Below, piece after piece: positions 9,693 through 24,172 of a DNA stretch of 64,000 nucleotides; within the stretch, counting starts at the first letter, position 1, and the number at the start of each line of letters is the position of its first letter. The notes below the pieces were generated by a model. It ran no database searches, was not told where the DNA came from, and was given only the letters and a program-made list of their open reading frames with translations. Made by a program: the position numbers and the translations under genes. Origin of the DNA: Spizellomyces punctatus DAOM BR117 (lineage: Eukaryota); the NCBI GenBank assembly GCA_000182565.2, contig KQ257464.1, one strand, 5' to 3'.

Positions 9693-10486
9693 GCGAATTT
9701 GATTACTGTAGAAGCAGATGCGATGTCGCTCGGGAGGAACGAGCTGCCAACTACATACACTTGCTGCGAAACCTTTGCTGCCTTTGAATTATCATCCGGG
9801 TCGCTTTTCGATCTACATTAGGCTTACCATTCCGTATACTTGGCTGATATCTACTTTCCAAATTTTGGTTCTTCCCTTCCGCATCTCCCTGTCTACGGGT
9901 GACACCTCTTATTGCTTTGCTTGAAATTCTCCATGTATCACCAGGAATTGTCATTCTTACCCAACTCTGATCAAGATCAACCGATGCTCGGAAACTGATA
10001 ATAGCGTTGTACCAATTACAATTTCAGATCTTTTAGTACGATATTGGGAGGACATTGACACTCGTCCACAAAACGGACCGCGAGCATAAAGAAAACACGG
10101 TGGTTGCTAGTGTAGTCAATAGTAATTCCTTCATTACCGGTATATTCTGGAACTGTCGATTCATGGCAGTCAGCAGCTCCACTAGACATGCAAAGCCCCC
10201 CTCGAATGATCCCAGTTCTCTTTCTCGCTACGGGGTAATCGAGGTTAGATACCTATAATGGCAAGTGGTGTTGTTCTGGATTGCAATACTTGCTGCGAAC
10301 ATGCTTAGGGCACAATATGGTGCATTGCTGTTATAATAAAAGAAAAGGTCACATTTACCCCAACCATGAGCATTCTGGTTGAAATTGGATGCGTTTTGAA
10401 GCGCTTTTGCACGTGACAGTTGGCCAGTTCCCGTACGATAACAAATAACAATACACTTATATGCATTCAGTTCCGAGATAGCGCCA

Positions 10487-12985
10487 ATGAACATCTCACC
10501 CCCGGCTTTTGCATCTCAACGTTCACCCGCCTTGTCCAGCCCCGGGTCAGTCCGAAGTCATACTCGCACGGCATCTCTCGATCATGGGCGGCGGGGACAT
10601 TCGCCGGCGCCGCCCAACCATCATCCGACCGCCTCGTTGTCAAAACTAGAGTCTGTCACATCAAAGGAAGATGAAGAGAGGACCGGGCCACCAACAGAGG
10701 ATCTCGATCTAGCAAGGATGCTGGAAGTGGAAAGAGAAAAGGGCTCCGTGAGTCTTAACCTCTCGCAACGCAACTTGGCCAACTTGCCCCGAGAAATTGG
10801 AACAATGGTCCTACTTGAAAGGTAATGGCACTTAGATGAACAGCATCGATCAAAGGCATCCTTGGTTCATGGAAAACTTATTCGGTGTTCACAGGCTCGG
10901 ACTTTCGAATAATATGTTATCCTCACTACCACCAGAATTGTGTGGGCTATCTCATTTGCGCTACCTGAATCTGCGATCAAATCGTATGCGTGAATTTCCT
11001 TTAGTGGTAATTACTTTAGTATTGAATCTCGTAATACGGGGGACGCATTGCTGAAAAGGAAATATCCAGATATGTCAGTTGCCGGCTTTAGAAATCTTGG
11101 GTATGGATACCATTGATTACCTCCCCTGTGAATTTCACCTCATATGGAATTAGATATGAGTCGAAATAAGCTAAAACGTCTGCCGAATAACTTTGGGACG
11201 TTGATGAACTTGAAGGTTTGCTATCTTCGTCCCTATGGCCAACCGCGGCGATGAACTCAAATTGAGCGACTTGGCCTCCGTAGGTACTGAGCCTAGCAAG
11301 AAATCGCATTCAAGAACTACCGATGTATCTGGGAGAGATGCAGGGTCTGAAGGTTTTGAAAATAGGTAACATCTCTCTGCGTTTCTTTCCTTGCTTGGTA
11401 CGCCAATTTACGTCTTTGTTGTGTAGAACACAATCCGATACAATGGCCCCCGCCTGATGTCCTGCAGTGTGAAGCAGACATTCCACACGAAACCTGGCTG
11501 CAGACTTTCAAGGATTTCCTTGTGCGAGAAGGTATGGCCTGTCGGTTCACCGTGAACATGACTCGACTGGAATGACCCATATGATGCGTAAATTGTAGGC
11601 AACCTTTCCAGGACTGGGACTAACGACGCAAGGTCTGTCTAATTTGACCAAAGTGCATATATGCAACGTTATTGATGTCACATATGATCTTACAGCGCAG
11701 ACGTCTCAAATCCTCAAAGTAGCGAGCTGCACACGTCCGGTGCGGGTCAACGGGGTCCACGCAGAGACAAGCAAATTGAGGAGTACACAGAAGAATGCGA
11801 CCAGCTACTACACTCTGTTCTCCGTAACGATAATCGAAGTTCTTATACTGCACAATCATCTCACGGGGCAGCAGAGTCCGAACGAGAGTTACAGTTGTTT
11901 GAAATTCTAGAGGGTGTTGCGTACGCGTTGACATGCATATACAGGATTGTAAGAGAGATTTATGCGCATGCTGCAGATCTTCCGGTGGACCATAGTATCC
12001 TGCGCTCCTGGAGAGGACAGATGGAAGATCTCAACCGAAACACATGCTCGTTGATATCCGTATTGTTCACCGAATCAGATGGAGAAGCACAGATAGCTGA
12101 TAGCCAGGTGGAGATTGGGGCCGGCATCCCACCTTCAGTAACTTCCTTAGCAGACCAATTACCAAGCAGTTCCATCGTGTTGGAGGAAGCGAAGAGGAAC
12201 ACTTTATTGGCTATTGCTTCTGCGAAGGCTCTGTCGTCTTTGGTGCAATCTTGCGGCAGCACGCTCATGAAAAATTTGGACGTCAGAACATCTCGATCCC
12301 TGATCACACAATGGTATAACGCAACAGCAGAGCTTGCAGATGTGCTATATACTGCCAGTGCATTGGTAGATTTTGGAACGGGTTTCCCAAAATCACCCGA
12401 ATCAGCTAGCTCCACGGACACAACGGATCACGAACCTCAACAACATGTTGTGCACCCGTCGTTCATTCAGGTGTTAGCAAAGTCCGCCACCGGGGCTGCA
12501 ATGAATGTTTTGGACTTGTTGAAAGACGTCAGTAAGCCTGGCGGTACTGGAGGCGAGAGTACAGGTACCGACAGACGAGAAGGCTCTAAGGCGGCTGGGC
12601 TGCATATCGAGCTTGCAAGTACAATGGCGACCGTTGCGGAGACAACAAGGGCATTATCTGAATGCCTAGCGGGGGAAGGAGGTGGTAATGACTGGCAGAA
12701 GAATATCACTGAAAGTGCTGGGCGATTCATAAAGGTACTAAATAGAAATTTCGTCTCTTCTCTCCACCTGACCTTCTCACATACTCTCTTGATACGCAGG
12801 CAATCGCACATATGAGCGCAGCTGCCCGCGCCGTTGCGATAAATAACCCGTTGGGCAAACCAGTAATGGCAGGGCTTCATAACGTTACAAGAACGACAAA
12901 AGAACTTGCCATGGCGGTTGCTACTCAGAAGTCAACCCCAAATCCCATTGTAGATACCACTGTACATTCTAGAACTGGAACGTAG
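10487..12985 (+). CDS. Leucine-rich-repeat protein, Sog2/Lrp1-like (RAM network), multi-exon
   Basis: LRRs (LNLSQRNLANLP, LGLSNNMLSSLP, LNLRSNRMREFP, MSRNKLKRLP, LSLARNRIQELP, HNPIQWPP) followed by a helical C-terminus ending LHNVTRTTKELA...GT*. May have an upstream exon near 10160. Confidence 0.65.
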
Positions 12986-13096
12986 ATTTCCTTTGTACGA
13001 TTCATTTGTTGTGTATTTTCTTATATAGAGGATCGATGATGTAAATATATTTGTCGTATGTTTTATGGTCAAGTTAACAATAACTAAAGTAATAGC

Positions 13097-15344
13097 TTAT
13101 TCAGCTGAAACGGCCATTGGACGGTGATCGGCGCATCCATTTGGGTGCGATGATGCCTGAATCCACATCACCACGGTTTCGGCGCGTTTGGTATGTAAAG
13201 GATATTGTTTCATTGTGGAGGAGGTTGGTGGCATTGGCTCGCCTGATGCTTCATCAGAAGAAGCTGTGGATGCAGATTGATGAGAACAGTCACACATCGG
13301 CATGAGGGAATTCGGTTCGCCGTCTTGCGAATCTGAATCGCAGTCACCAACAACTTCTGCATCGTCTTCTGCCTCGTCCTCTGCTCCAACATGCATCGGG
13401 GAAGCTTTGCCGCTCCCTTCCCGCTGATTTTGGAGAAGCCCGGACAACGTCGAGCCCCTCTCCCCAGTACCCGACGATCGCTCCCTCATTGCCTTCCTCA
13501 GTAAGGCCAGTATCTCCACATAGTCCGCCTGACTCATACTACGGGCGGGAAGAAAAACGGGGTATCCTTCTACCTGTTCTTGAGCGCGCACTGTCCGTTC
13601 ATGCCATACAGCTGCCGTTCGCCAATCGCGGAGGATTAGGTAATTAATGCCGATGGAGAACCATGCTTCAAGCTAAATGATCATTGTTAGCAACGTGGGG
13701 GACGATTAACACTGTAATTTAGTAACATACTAGCAGGGGATGGTATGTGCCGAGTGCACTTAGAGATTCTGGAAGTGTATCCGAACCAATGTGTTCAGCA
13801 TCATCGGCGTCTGTCGATGCTACAGTGCCAGGTAAGCTACTCGAAATGCTCCTCCGGCATACCGAGTTTGGAGCCATTTTCGAGGTCGCTTTCGTCGACA
13901 CGGACTTGAGAAAATCCGGCACGCCAGAAATGATAGGACCATCAAGAGACGGCAAACTCGTTACTGAAGACGGTGAGTCAGCACCGGGTTCCTGCACGTT
14001 CTCAAACGCATGAAGCGTGCTTGGGAAGAAACCCAGAAAGTGATGATAGTCACGCGTACTCCGACGGATCAGATTCTCGATTTGCTGAGAATGTGGCTCC
14101 AGGGCCGACCAATAGGGATTTGACAGTGACTGCTTGTCGTTACGAAGGGAGCAGGTTACGTCGATAGGTATGCCAGCCTCCTCGCAGGCTGCGGTATCCG
14201 GTCCATCATATGCGATGTCTTCCGACATTGTCCTCGCTTTCTTCTTCTTGCTTCGTTTCTTTTTCCGGATGTCGGCTGTAGCTGCATCCTCCACTTTGGT
14301 GAGCGCTTTATCAAGCAGATATATTGCATATTGATGAAAGCACGCAGCCCGCAGAAAGTACAGAATGGCCTCGCTACAACTCTCCTGGGACTCTGTATCC
14401 AGAAGTAGCGTATGTTTTGAGCTGTTTCCACCATGCACCAAAGCCTCGCAATCTACTCCATTCACATTGCGCTTTCTTTTCTTAATGAGGTTTATTGCTG
14501 ACTTAAAATCTCGGAGCGCCAAGGGGAATTCTTCTCGAAAGCAGTGGATCATGGCACGAGTTCGATAATACTCAGCAGCGGTGGGAGATGCCGCAATCAA
14601 AGTATCCAAAACTTGCGGGTGTGTGAATGATGCCAGCTTCCTCGACGGTATTTTTTCGTGGAAGTGGTGAACGTACATCGCATCCAAATTGTTCGGATCA
14701 CGCTTCAACACCTAAGTGCATTCGGTTATGAGAAATGGCCTCAGCGATATGTTTCCGGTAAAGGAAAGATGTACCTTTGCAGCTACATCATCTAATGAGC
14801 TCGCACTTTGCATCGTCAGCACACTTGTCGCTATCTTTATTACCCACATTAGAACATCAGACACTGGTAGTGCCTCCCAGATTTCACTGCTTCAGAATTA
14901 CCTCGTCGCATCGATATGCCGCGGCAAGCTTTGTGACCGCCAATTCACGAAGGCGGTGCTGTCGTATTGATGACATGCGAGTGGGCGCTGGGGAATAATC
15001 TCGAGACCCCGGCTGACTCCGCACCAGTCCCCCTGCGGCTTTGATCACCTTAGATCACTATGGTTAACAATTCGCCACAGGGTTAAGCAGCATATCTAAA
15101 TCTCTTATTATACCAGCTCGGATGCGTCGTCCACTAAAGTTCTTATAGTTATCAAGTGGCGAAAAGTAACGGGGTCAATTGGGTGTTCGGCAGCGGTGTC
15201 ACTATTAAGGGCGAACAATGACTGTAGTAGCTCAAGAGGAAGAGATAGCCAAGGGCCATGATAGCTTGCTATGTAAGGACTGTCAAGGTTTGAAAAACGA
15301 ATAGGTTTGAGCGCAAGAGAGGGGACACAACGGAAACCCTTCAC
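13097..15344 (-). CDS. Conserved fungal uncharacterised protein with TPR-like segment, multi-exon
   Basis: Collinear minus-strand ORFs (WLSLPLELLQSL; YVHHFHEKIPSRKLA; EYYRTRAMIHCFREEFPLALRDF; YPLHTKRA) joined by GT-AG introns. Start is uncertain. Confidence 0.6.
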
Positions 15345-15630
15345 GTACTAGTGTTTGTTGCGACAGATCATGATGGACCCACCGCTGTTGGCCATTGAAT
15401 CGCGGTCTGGGCAAGTGGACTTCGTCACCATGCGTGCGGAATCGAAACTGGGCTATATACCACGGCAAATGCGGCGGCCCCGTCAAGCTTCGGAAGATAA
15501 GGTAAGGAAAATCCGTCGTGAAGTAGCGTGTTCTTCATCACCAACGACGTATCACGTGCCTGTCTGCGTGATTTAGTCACGTGCATCTGGTAACCCCTCT
15601 CTCCCCGCTCATACACTATGCATGTTGCCA

Positions 15631-16178
15631 ATGACCTCGACATCTACTCGCCGCCATGGGAAAATTGTCCATATCGAAGAAATCCAGGCCCAGAGCATGT
15701 CGGGTTCCTCTGTTCGTGTGATAGGAACGTGGGTACCGCCTCTATGTTGAGCAACGCGCAGTTGAGGCTTCAACTTAATGAACGACCTGCCTTTGTCAGA
15801 CTACTGACATATGACACAAACACATCCCTGGCCGTTATTGAACATGCACGCTCGCAGCTCGTTGTGGACCTCAGTCTACTAGGACCCTTCTCAAATCGGA
15901 CGAAATCCCTTCTGCAATTCATCGGCGAGGTAGAAACATGGCAGGTAGCGTTCACATGATCTAGCCGTGAAGTCTCTGGTCTCTTGATGTTAACGGATAT
16001 TGCCACAAAGCCGCCACCGAATCTTCCGTTCTCTTGTCTTCCGTCTGCGTCTCGGAACTATCTTATTCTGCGCGCTCGAATTGCTCGAAATGTTGATGGT
16101 CTTGACCTGTCGATGTATGATCAAGCTTTACAGATCAGAAGGAAGTTTGAAGTTGAGAGAGAGTCTTTGAACTTTTGA
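15631..16178 (+). CDS. TEN1: CST complex subunit Ten1 (OB fold)
   Basis: SVRVIG|RLLTYD...LVVDLSLL...LLQFIGEVE...LRARIARNVDGLDLSMYDQALQIRRKF. Confidence 0.8.
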
Positions 16179-16836
16179 CATGATATTTCTTTCTGTTTCC
16201 AAATGGAGGGCGTTTCAGATCATACATAGATAGGGAGCATATCGTTAATCTGGTTTAATAGGCTCATCTGTGAGATTCTCCATAATATGACGCGTAATAG
16301 TATCACTTTGAAGACTCGTGGCCTTCTTGCGATGTGGGAAGCGAGTAAGATATCAAATAGATGCGCTCTTGGAAGATCCCTTGGCATCAGAAATGTCGCG
16401 CTACAACGAAGTCCGACGTTTATGCCTCGTATGCAACATCCACAAAAAGACATACCTCCAACTTTCGTACTCGCTCCCTGCTCAACCTAAGACGTAGCTC
16501 AATTGAAAGAGACTCTTGGAGTACTGAGTCTCTGGATTATGACTTTTTGCCGCTATTGTACTTGCGTTCCCAAGTAGCCACTTACGGAAATCAGAGAGGA
16601 CATCATGCCCAGTGCGATCGGCGTTCAGAGCAGCCTCTGAGGTGGACTCCTCAATCTCCGGTGTTATCGAACTTTCTGAACCGATGTACAGTGAGCTCAG
16701 TTCATTTTGTGCAGCTGGGACTTTGGAAGGATACAAGATGCGGCAACTGTCATGATCGAAATGAACGAGAATTGCATAAGTATCTCACCGTTTTCGACCT
16801 CGTTTCGAGTATTGGCGGTGCGGTATACTTCTATAA

Positions 16837-17706
16837 CTATGAGATGACGGCGTAAAGCCGTAGTTTTGAAATGTAACGGCCGGACAAGAACCGACCTTCA
16901 TTGAGCTTTTGCAACCCAAGCTCTATCTTTTCAACTAGATCTGCTCGCTTCTGCCGATCACCCAAATTGAGATTTTGCATTCCATCCGGGAACTTGGGTG
17001 ATATTCTTCGCAAGCAGTTTGCGAGTTGAGCCTCCCGCCTACTGCACATCTTTTGCAGCGACATTGTACGTGATGATTGCGCAAGGCTGCCAAATGTCCA
17101 ATGTTGGAATGTTCTCCTTTTCCTCAAGACGAGACCAAGGGCCTTGGATCCAATTACCTGAGTTGCGATACCCTTTCCTTAATGTGCACCAGCCTCTCAT
17201 CTTTATCCCATGTTGCCGCATTGGATGATTCTGCCTGGGTAAGGAGACTGAACAGTCCTCCAACGTTCAGAATGTAAATAAGTATAGGTGGCTGGAAAAA
17301 CTACGCACTCTCGAAGACTTCGATCTTGGTCTAACACCGTTTCGCTTAGTCTCGAGCGCTCTTCGGTCAGCTTTCTCAGTAGTTCAATCTTCTCCGCAAG
17401 TTTAAGCTCGGCTAAAGTACCAGTAACATATGTAAGACTGATGTAATCTTACAGCAGATATGGATAGCAATTGGTCTTCATCATGTGAGGCCTGCCTTGC
17501 GAGATCTTCTCGAGGAGAATGCTTTGCTCCGACTGACTCGGTCCACCAGAGGAAGCTACGGTAGCCCGGAGCCTGTCAAGAAAACTGCCAAGGTCGACTG
17601 CGCCCCTACGGGTACGAGGCCGCCTTGGTGTACGCACGAGAACTGGTATAGGCGGCGTACGATCTGTCATGCTGTGAAGATTCCCACACATCCGTCCATC
17701 GTCCAC
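16837..17706 (-). CDS. Hypothetical multi-exon protein (boundaries uncertain)
   Basis: Several short collinear ORFs with splice-like junctions; no domain recognised. Confidence 0.3.
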
Positions 17707-18180
17707 TGACCAGACGCGTTCGCTACGCCTCGCGATAAGCCTCAGCCTAAAGCTTACAGCGCGTAAGCATCTCGATCACCCAAGTGACAGTTTCTTCCCA
17801 GACATCTTGCAATTCATTCCAAATACGCAAGCTATGACAGGTATGTAATCGCTTTTCTGCTATGCGATATCTTTTCATTGACTTGGTACGGTCATAGTGA
17901 AACGAGTCATTTATGGTACCGACTGGGATATGGACGCCTTTCAAGGCGCAAGTCTTCAAAGTATAAGGTTGGGGCTTCGTGATCATGGGAAAGGTTGTGA
18001 GTTCTGGATATTCACAAAAAGAAACTATCCTTAGCACCATCTCAACGGAAACCCGTACTGCTATATGGTTCGACAAGGTCTGTAGCCTATCCCGTCAATG
18101 CTGACCAACAAACACCGTTTAAACGTTGGGTTTAAAAGGCGGCGGGAACGCTTGAGATTGAGGGCGACTCGGAAGAATCA

Positions 18181-18837
18181 GTGCACCAAGCGTACATATC
18201 GTTAGTTAAAATCCCACTGTTCCTCATACTGACGCCAGTCGCATTCAGCCACGCAGAAATCACCAAATTGCTGAGAGAAGACGTTGCCCAACAACCACGC
18301 CGAGGTGAATGGGCCAAACCCGACCGTCCTGGTTTATGGGGACAACGTCGAGATCTAAAGCGAAAGGCACCTGAAAAAGATGACGAAGACGAGAATGAAC
18401 AGGATGAAGAGAAGTCCGGTACAAGTCATGATCACTTTGACGGGGACGCCGAGCCACCAACGCTACCCGCACCATGGTTAATGGTCGCCGCAGCTTCCCC
18501 GGAAATTGATATTTTCAGACCAAGAATTTCTGCTGCTCAAAGTACCGTTCCAGAAGAACCTCACCGGGTGGTGGAGAAAGTTCTACCACGTCGAGATAGG
18601 TCTAGTCAGAAAGAATTTGTACTCCCTTTGGAACTAGGCATGCGGCGGAAGGTTTTCCAACTCCATGCATACGAAGCTTGCCTGCGTACATCTCACCAAA
18701 AAAAGTTCGAAATCAACTGGTGTTGCAAACCGCATATTATTGACAAGCTCACCCCCTGCGAAGAACGTGACTTGATCGTTAAATTGAAAGAGGTGATAAT
18801 TCGACAAGCTGCAGATAATGCATCAGCCCTACGTTAA
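18181..18837 (+). CDS. Hypothetical protein (probably a 3' exon)
   Basis: 218-aa ORF with a KRKAP basic patch and an acidic tract; no domain recognised. Confidence 0.35.
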   Translation: MHQAYISLVKIPLFLILTPVAFSHAEITKLLREDVAQQPRRGEWAKPDRPGLWGQRRDLKRKAPEKDDEDENEQDEEKSGTSHDHFDGDAEPPTLPAPWLMVAAASPEIDIFRPRISAAQSTVPEEPHRVVEKVLPRRDRSSQKEFVLPLELGMRRKVFQLHAYEACLRTSHQKKFEINWCCKPHIIDKLTPCEERDLIVKLKEVIIRQAADNASALR

Positions 18838-19754
18838 ACATCATGTCCTTACCAGATTGCAGAGAAGACCGGAGCTTGCTTCGCATATAAGAAAAGGCTA
18901 TATGTAGGCAAACGGACATGGCGACACAGAGATCTTGTACTTCCATTGATGAGCGTTTGGGCATAGGGCATACACCTGACCTCGGACAATCAGGAGGAAA
19001 TCGATTTTGCCAAAGAGTGGCTAATGGCGTTGGAACACTACCTTGATTCATTCGTGGTCAGCATCCCCCTCCTTCTGGCCCAGGTTGCGTTTGAGTCATA
19101 TGATAGACCATCTTTCTCGTAGGTCAATTTACCGATCCCCCTTTCGCAGTTGGGCTCGAATCCTCCGGACAGAGCCCGAAGAATGACAAAGGACAAAGGT
19201 TATGATAGCAATGGTGCAAATGGATCAATTGAAAACTAGCGTAGGTCGTGCTTGCAATGACGGACTATCTGCAGGTGAAATTGATATTTTCCTCTGTTCC
19301 ACAGCTTCAATGTATCGAATGCTAAAATGTTACATCTGGATGAAACAATATCTAGGTAGGTGGCAGGAATTCACACTAATCTCAAAGTTAAAACCATTCT
19401 GGTTGACTTTTATATTTTGTCGACTTTAGGTCTGCAACCAGGTTTTCAACCCTACTTGGTGGACAGTGATCCAATTCCAGTATCAGAATATTTTCATTTG
19501 CTTTATGCTGTAGTATAGCTATGGTGTTTTTTAGGACGAAAACCCAGATGATTTTGAATATGACTTTTGGAAAAGTCAAAACCGAAGCTGGGCGATTTTT
19601 GATCACATGAAATCGGAAGGATGCGGATCTTGCGTCATCACAAACATGGGGGGGAATAAAATGGAAAGGACCCCGTGGACTCCCACAATCTACTTTCTGT
19701 ACCCGGGCATCCACACACTTTACATTTCACTCAACCAAGCAGCAATCTTACATC

Positions 19755-21826
19755 ATGTCTGTAGCTACTGCAAAGGGAGTGTCCATCTTGGGCCCTGTAA
19801 AGCCTCAATATGCCGACATCCTCTCCATTCCCGCCCAGGAGTTTGTCGCTACCCTGCACAGGCATGTATGCTTGACCTCTGTTTGCATGCAGACGTCCCA
19901 ACTTACGCTTGTCTTTGGAATAGAGCCTTCAATGGCCGTCGCAAAGCCCTTCTTCAAAGGCGTGTCCAGAGACAAAAGGAAATTGATGCCGGTGTGTAGG
20001 CGCTGATTTGTTTCTAATCCGATTGGCGTTTTTGACATGATTTTGAATAGGACAATTCCCCGATTTCCTTCCCGAAACTCGCTGGATCCGGGAGGACCCT
20101 ACCTGGAGGGTAGGTATTCCATTTGGAATGCACCTATTTTGAACAATTCCATTTATTTTTTGGTTATGTAGGCTGCTCCCCCCGCACCTGGATTGGTCGA
20201 TCGTCGTGTGGAGATCACCGGACCCGTTGACAGGAAGATGGTCATCAATGCTCTGAACTCAGGAGCTTTGACCTACATGGCTGATTTCGAAGGTAGGTCT
20301 GCTAACACTACCAAGTCTCCCTAAAAGTGGGTACTGAGTGGTCGTGACTTCATGTAGACTCCAATGCACCAACCTGGGAGAACAACATCTCTGGTCAATT
20401 CAACATGCGTGACGCCGTACGTCGCACCATCAGCTTCGCTGCGCCTAACGGAAAGTACTACAAGCTGAAGGAGGGTAGACTTGCCACCTTGATTGTTCGG
20501 TAGGTGGGCGAGAATTTGTGAATACAATCCCTCGTGCCGCTAACATTTATTTATCACACATTCAGTCCTCGTGGATGGCACATGGAAGAGAAGCATTTCT
20601 TGGTGGATGGAGAGCCCGCCTCTGCGTCAATCTTTGACTTTGCCTTGTATTTCTTCCACAATGCTGCTGAGAGCGTGCGCAGAGGATTTGGCCCTTACTT
20701 CTACCTTCCCAAGATGGAGAGCCACCTTGAAGCTAGGTATGCGCTATTCAAATGAAAAGGAATCTCCTATACACTGTTGATTAATTCGCGGCGTTTTAGA
20801 TTGTGGAACGATGTTTTCAACTTGGCACAGGACATGTTGGCCATTCCTCGCGGAACCATTCGGGGGACTGTTTTGATTGAAACGATCATGGCTGCCTTTG
20901 AGATGGAGGAGATCATCTACGAGCTGCGCGAGCACTCTTCTGGTCTCAACTGTGGCCGTTGGGACTACATCTTCTCTTTCATTAAAAAGTTCAGGAACAA
21001 CCCCAACTTCCTTCTCCCTGACCGTGGCGACATCACGATGACAACTCCTTTCATGGACGCATATGTACGTCTTCTCATCAAAACTTGCCACAAGCGCGGT
21101 GTGCACGCTATGGGTGGCATGGCTGCATTTATCCCCATCAAGGACAATGCCGCTGCTAACGATGCAGCCATGGCCAAAGTCCGTGCTGACAAGCTAAGGG
21201 AAGTCCAAGCCGGGCATGACGGAACATGGGTCGCGCACCCTGATCTTGTTAAGCTTGCCAAGGCCATCTTCGACGAGCACATGCCGCAGCCCAACCAATT
21301 GTACGTCCGCCGTGAAGACGTCAAAGTATCTGGAGCCGACCTCATTTCGACTCAGGGCGTGAAGGGTGCTATCACCGACAAGGGTTTGCGAATGAATATC
21401 GATGTGGCCCTCCAATACATGGAGGCGTGGCTTCACGGAAACGGTTGTGTCCCTATCCACAACTTGATGGAGGACGCCGCCACAGCAGAGATCTCTCGTT
21501 CGCAATTGTGGCAGTGGGTGCGTCACCGTGCAAGGACTGCCGAGGGCAAGGAGATTACTCCCGAGTACGTCAACCAGTTGCTTGACGAGGAGATTGGTAA
21601 CATCAAGAGCCGCCTGGGAGAGAAGAAGTTTGCATCTTCCAAATTTGAGTTGGCGAAGAAGTTTTTGGCCAGCACTATCCAAGGAAAGGAATACTCTGAC
21701 TTTTTGACGGTAAGAACCAATAGCTTGTTGTTTTGAATTTAAGAATTTACTAACTCATTGTATGATTTCCAGACGCTTTGCTACGACTCCATTCTGACAT
21801 TGTCTCCAGGAGGCGCCAAACTCTAA
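19755..21826 (+). CDS. MLS1: Malate synthase A, peroxisomal
   Basis: [73 protein letters not shown]-terminal PTS1 -AKL*. Confidence 0.97.
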
Positions 21827-22295
21827 TTGCGTATCGTAGTGGGCTGTATATATAGTGTATTTCATTGTGCGTGTGCGAGTTATAACGGCTGGCTTTGCTT
21901 TTTTAATGATACGGCTTGTCCGTCCTCATTTTGGAGATGCCACCTGTGAAAGTTGTGCCGAACGACACCAAAGTGTCGTCTGAGGGCTTTTTTTCATAGT
22001 ATAGTAATCATAAACCGTCTCTTAAGATGTCTTTATATCTGTCTCCTTTTTATCCGTTTTTTTATTGATATTTCTCTGAACATTACAAAGACGATGGCTG
22101 GAGCGTCACGTGGGGATGTGGTGGCAAATTCGTCATTTAACCTAATTTAGTCAGATGCGCGGCGCGGTGACCTGCAACGAAAGGCCGTGGACCAATTGGG
22201 ACCCTCCAGCACCTTGGTCTGTGTGCGGCTGGCCATATAAAGGGCCCCCCCTACGCCTTCTGTGCACGCCCGACATCATCACCGCCGACATCATC

Positions 22296-23967
22296 ATGAA
22301 GGCATCCGCAACTCTCTTGTTGGCTCTTGCCGCTACAACAGCCCAAGTCCGGGCGGACGCGGCGGCAGACTCTGATGTGATTTCCCTTACCAAGGACACA
22401 TTCTCAGAGGTGGCCCAAAAGCCTCTGTCATTGATAGAGTTCTATGCGCCGTGGTGTGGGCACTGCAAAGCCTGTAAGTTGTCCGTTTTGGTCATGAGCA
22501 AATGTCAGACATATGTTTTGTTAAATGTCGCAATTTAGTGGCACCCGAGTACGAAAAGGCTGCGACTGAACTCAAGTCGTCGATCCCGCTCGCCAAGGTT
22601 GATTGTACCGAGCAAACCGAGTTGTGCCAGGAGCATGATGTGCGGGGGTACCCTACCATGAAAGTCTTCCGCGAGGGTGAACCTTCAGAATATAAGGGAC
22701 AGCGAACGGCGGAGAGTATTATTGGCTACATGAAAAAATTGGCGCTGCCTCCTGTATCTGATCTTTCCGCGGACAAGGTCAAGGAATTTGCGGAATCGGA
22801 CAAGGTGGTTGTCGTTGGGTTCTTTGAGGACAAAACTTCGGACGAGTACAAGGCTTTTGAGGCCGCCGCTAACAAACTCCGGGACACCTTTTTGTTTGGT
22901 GCAACGACCGAGGAGGAGGCGTTCAAAGCTCAAGGAGTGAAAGCTCCTGCAATTGTCTTGTTTAAAAAATTCGATGAGGGCAAGAACACATTTGATGCAA
23001 AGTTTGAGGAGGGTGCCATTTCAAATTTCGTCCAAACCGTGTCCGTACCCCTCATGGACGAGATTGGTCCCGAAAACTACGGTTACTACATGGAGAACGG
23101 CCTTCCTCTCGCCTACCTCTTTGTCTCTACCCCCGAAGAACGGGCCACTGTTGGAAAGGAGATCGAACCTCTTGCCAAAGATTTCCGCGGCAAAGTAAAC
23201 TTTGTGTACATTGATGCCTCCAAATTTGGGGGACATGCCAAAAACCTCAACCTAAAAGAAAGCTGGCCCGCATTTGTGATTCACGAGTCGGAAAAGAACC
23301 TTCGGTACCCGTTTGATCAGGGGAAGAAGGTGAACCATGCAGATGTCAAGGCGTTCGTTCAGGACTTTGTGAACGGAAAGTTGGAACCGTCGTTGAAATC
23401 TGAGGAGATCCCAAAAGAGAATGATGGGGACGTCAAGGTCGTTGTCGGCAAATCGTATGCCGATATTGTGTTGGACACAGACAAGGATGTATTGATTGAG
23501 TTTTATGCTCGTAAGTGTTGGAGTGGTTGGACTCAATGTTTGTCTGTTCTCACACTTTGTGGTTCCAGCTTGGTGTGGACACTGCAAAGCCCTTGCACCC
23601 ACCTGGGAGGAGCTCGGCAAAGAAGCCAAGAAGCTCTCTGACAAGATCGTCATTGCTAAAATGGATGGTACCGAAAACGACCTCCCTTCGGACGCTCCCT
23701 TCAGTGTTCAAGGATTCCCGACCATTAAATTGGTCAAGGCCGGCGACAATGAAGTGGTGGATTACGCAGGGTCAAGGACGCTCGAGTCTTTCATTGACTT
23801 TTTGAAGGCGAATGCAGTGTATGTATTTTTGGCGTTTGAATTGCGTGTTTTGCATGTGTTTTGATGACGTTTTGTGTACTCTTAGGCATGGTGGTGGCGC
23901 TGAGAAGAAGGAGGCCAAGGAAGGCGATGACAAGAAGACGGAGGAAGAGGGACATGATGAGTTGTAA
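22296..23967 (+). CDS. PDI1: Protein disulfide isomerase
   Basis: Signal peptide, two WCGHC thioredoxin motifs, C-terminal HDEL*. Confidence 0.97.
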
Positions 23968-24172
23968 GGTTGTTTGGGTGGTATGCGTCTCATAGGATGT
24001 GTTGGCATTTCGTTGCAAAACGACCTTCTGTCTTAATATGGACTGGCGTTGTGTTTTACATTATACATGAAGGCGATATGACGGGCATCTATCTTATCCA
24101 AAACTGTTGCACTGCCCTCTGAACGCTTGTTGTCGTCTTCATCATCATCTCCTTGCAAATTACTAGTGGTAT

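Noticed and set aside
22103-22115. GTCACGTGG upstream of PDI as a UPR element
   Set aside because: Short ACGT core, not an exact UPRE or ERSE; cannot be supported from sequence alone.
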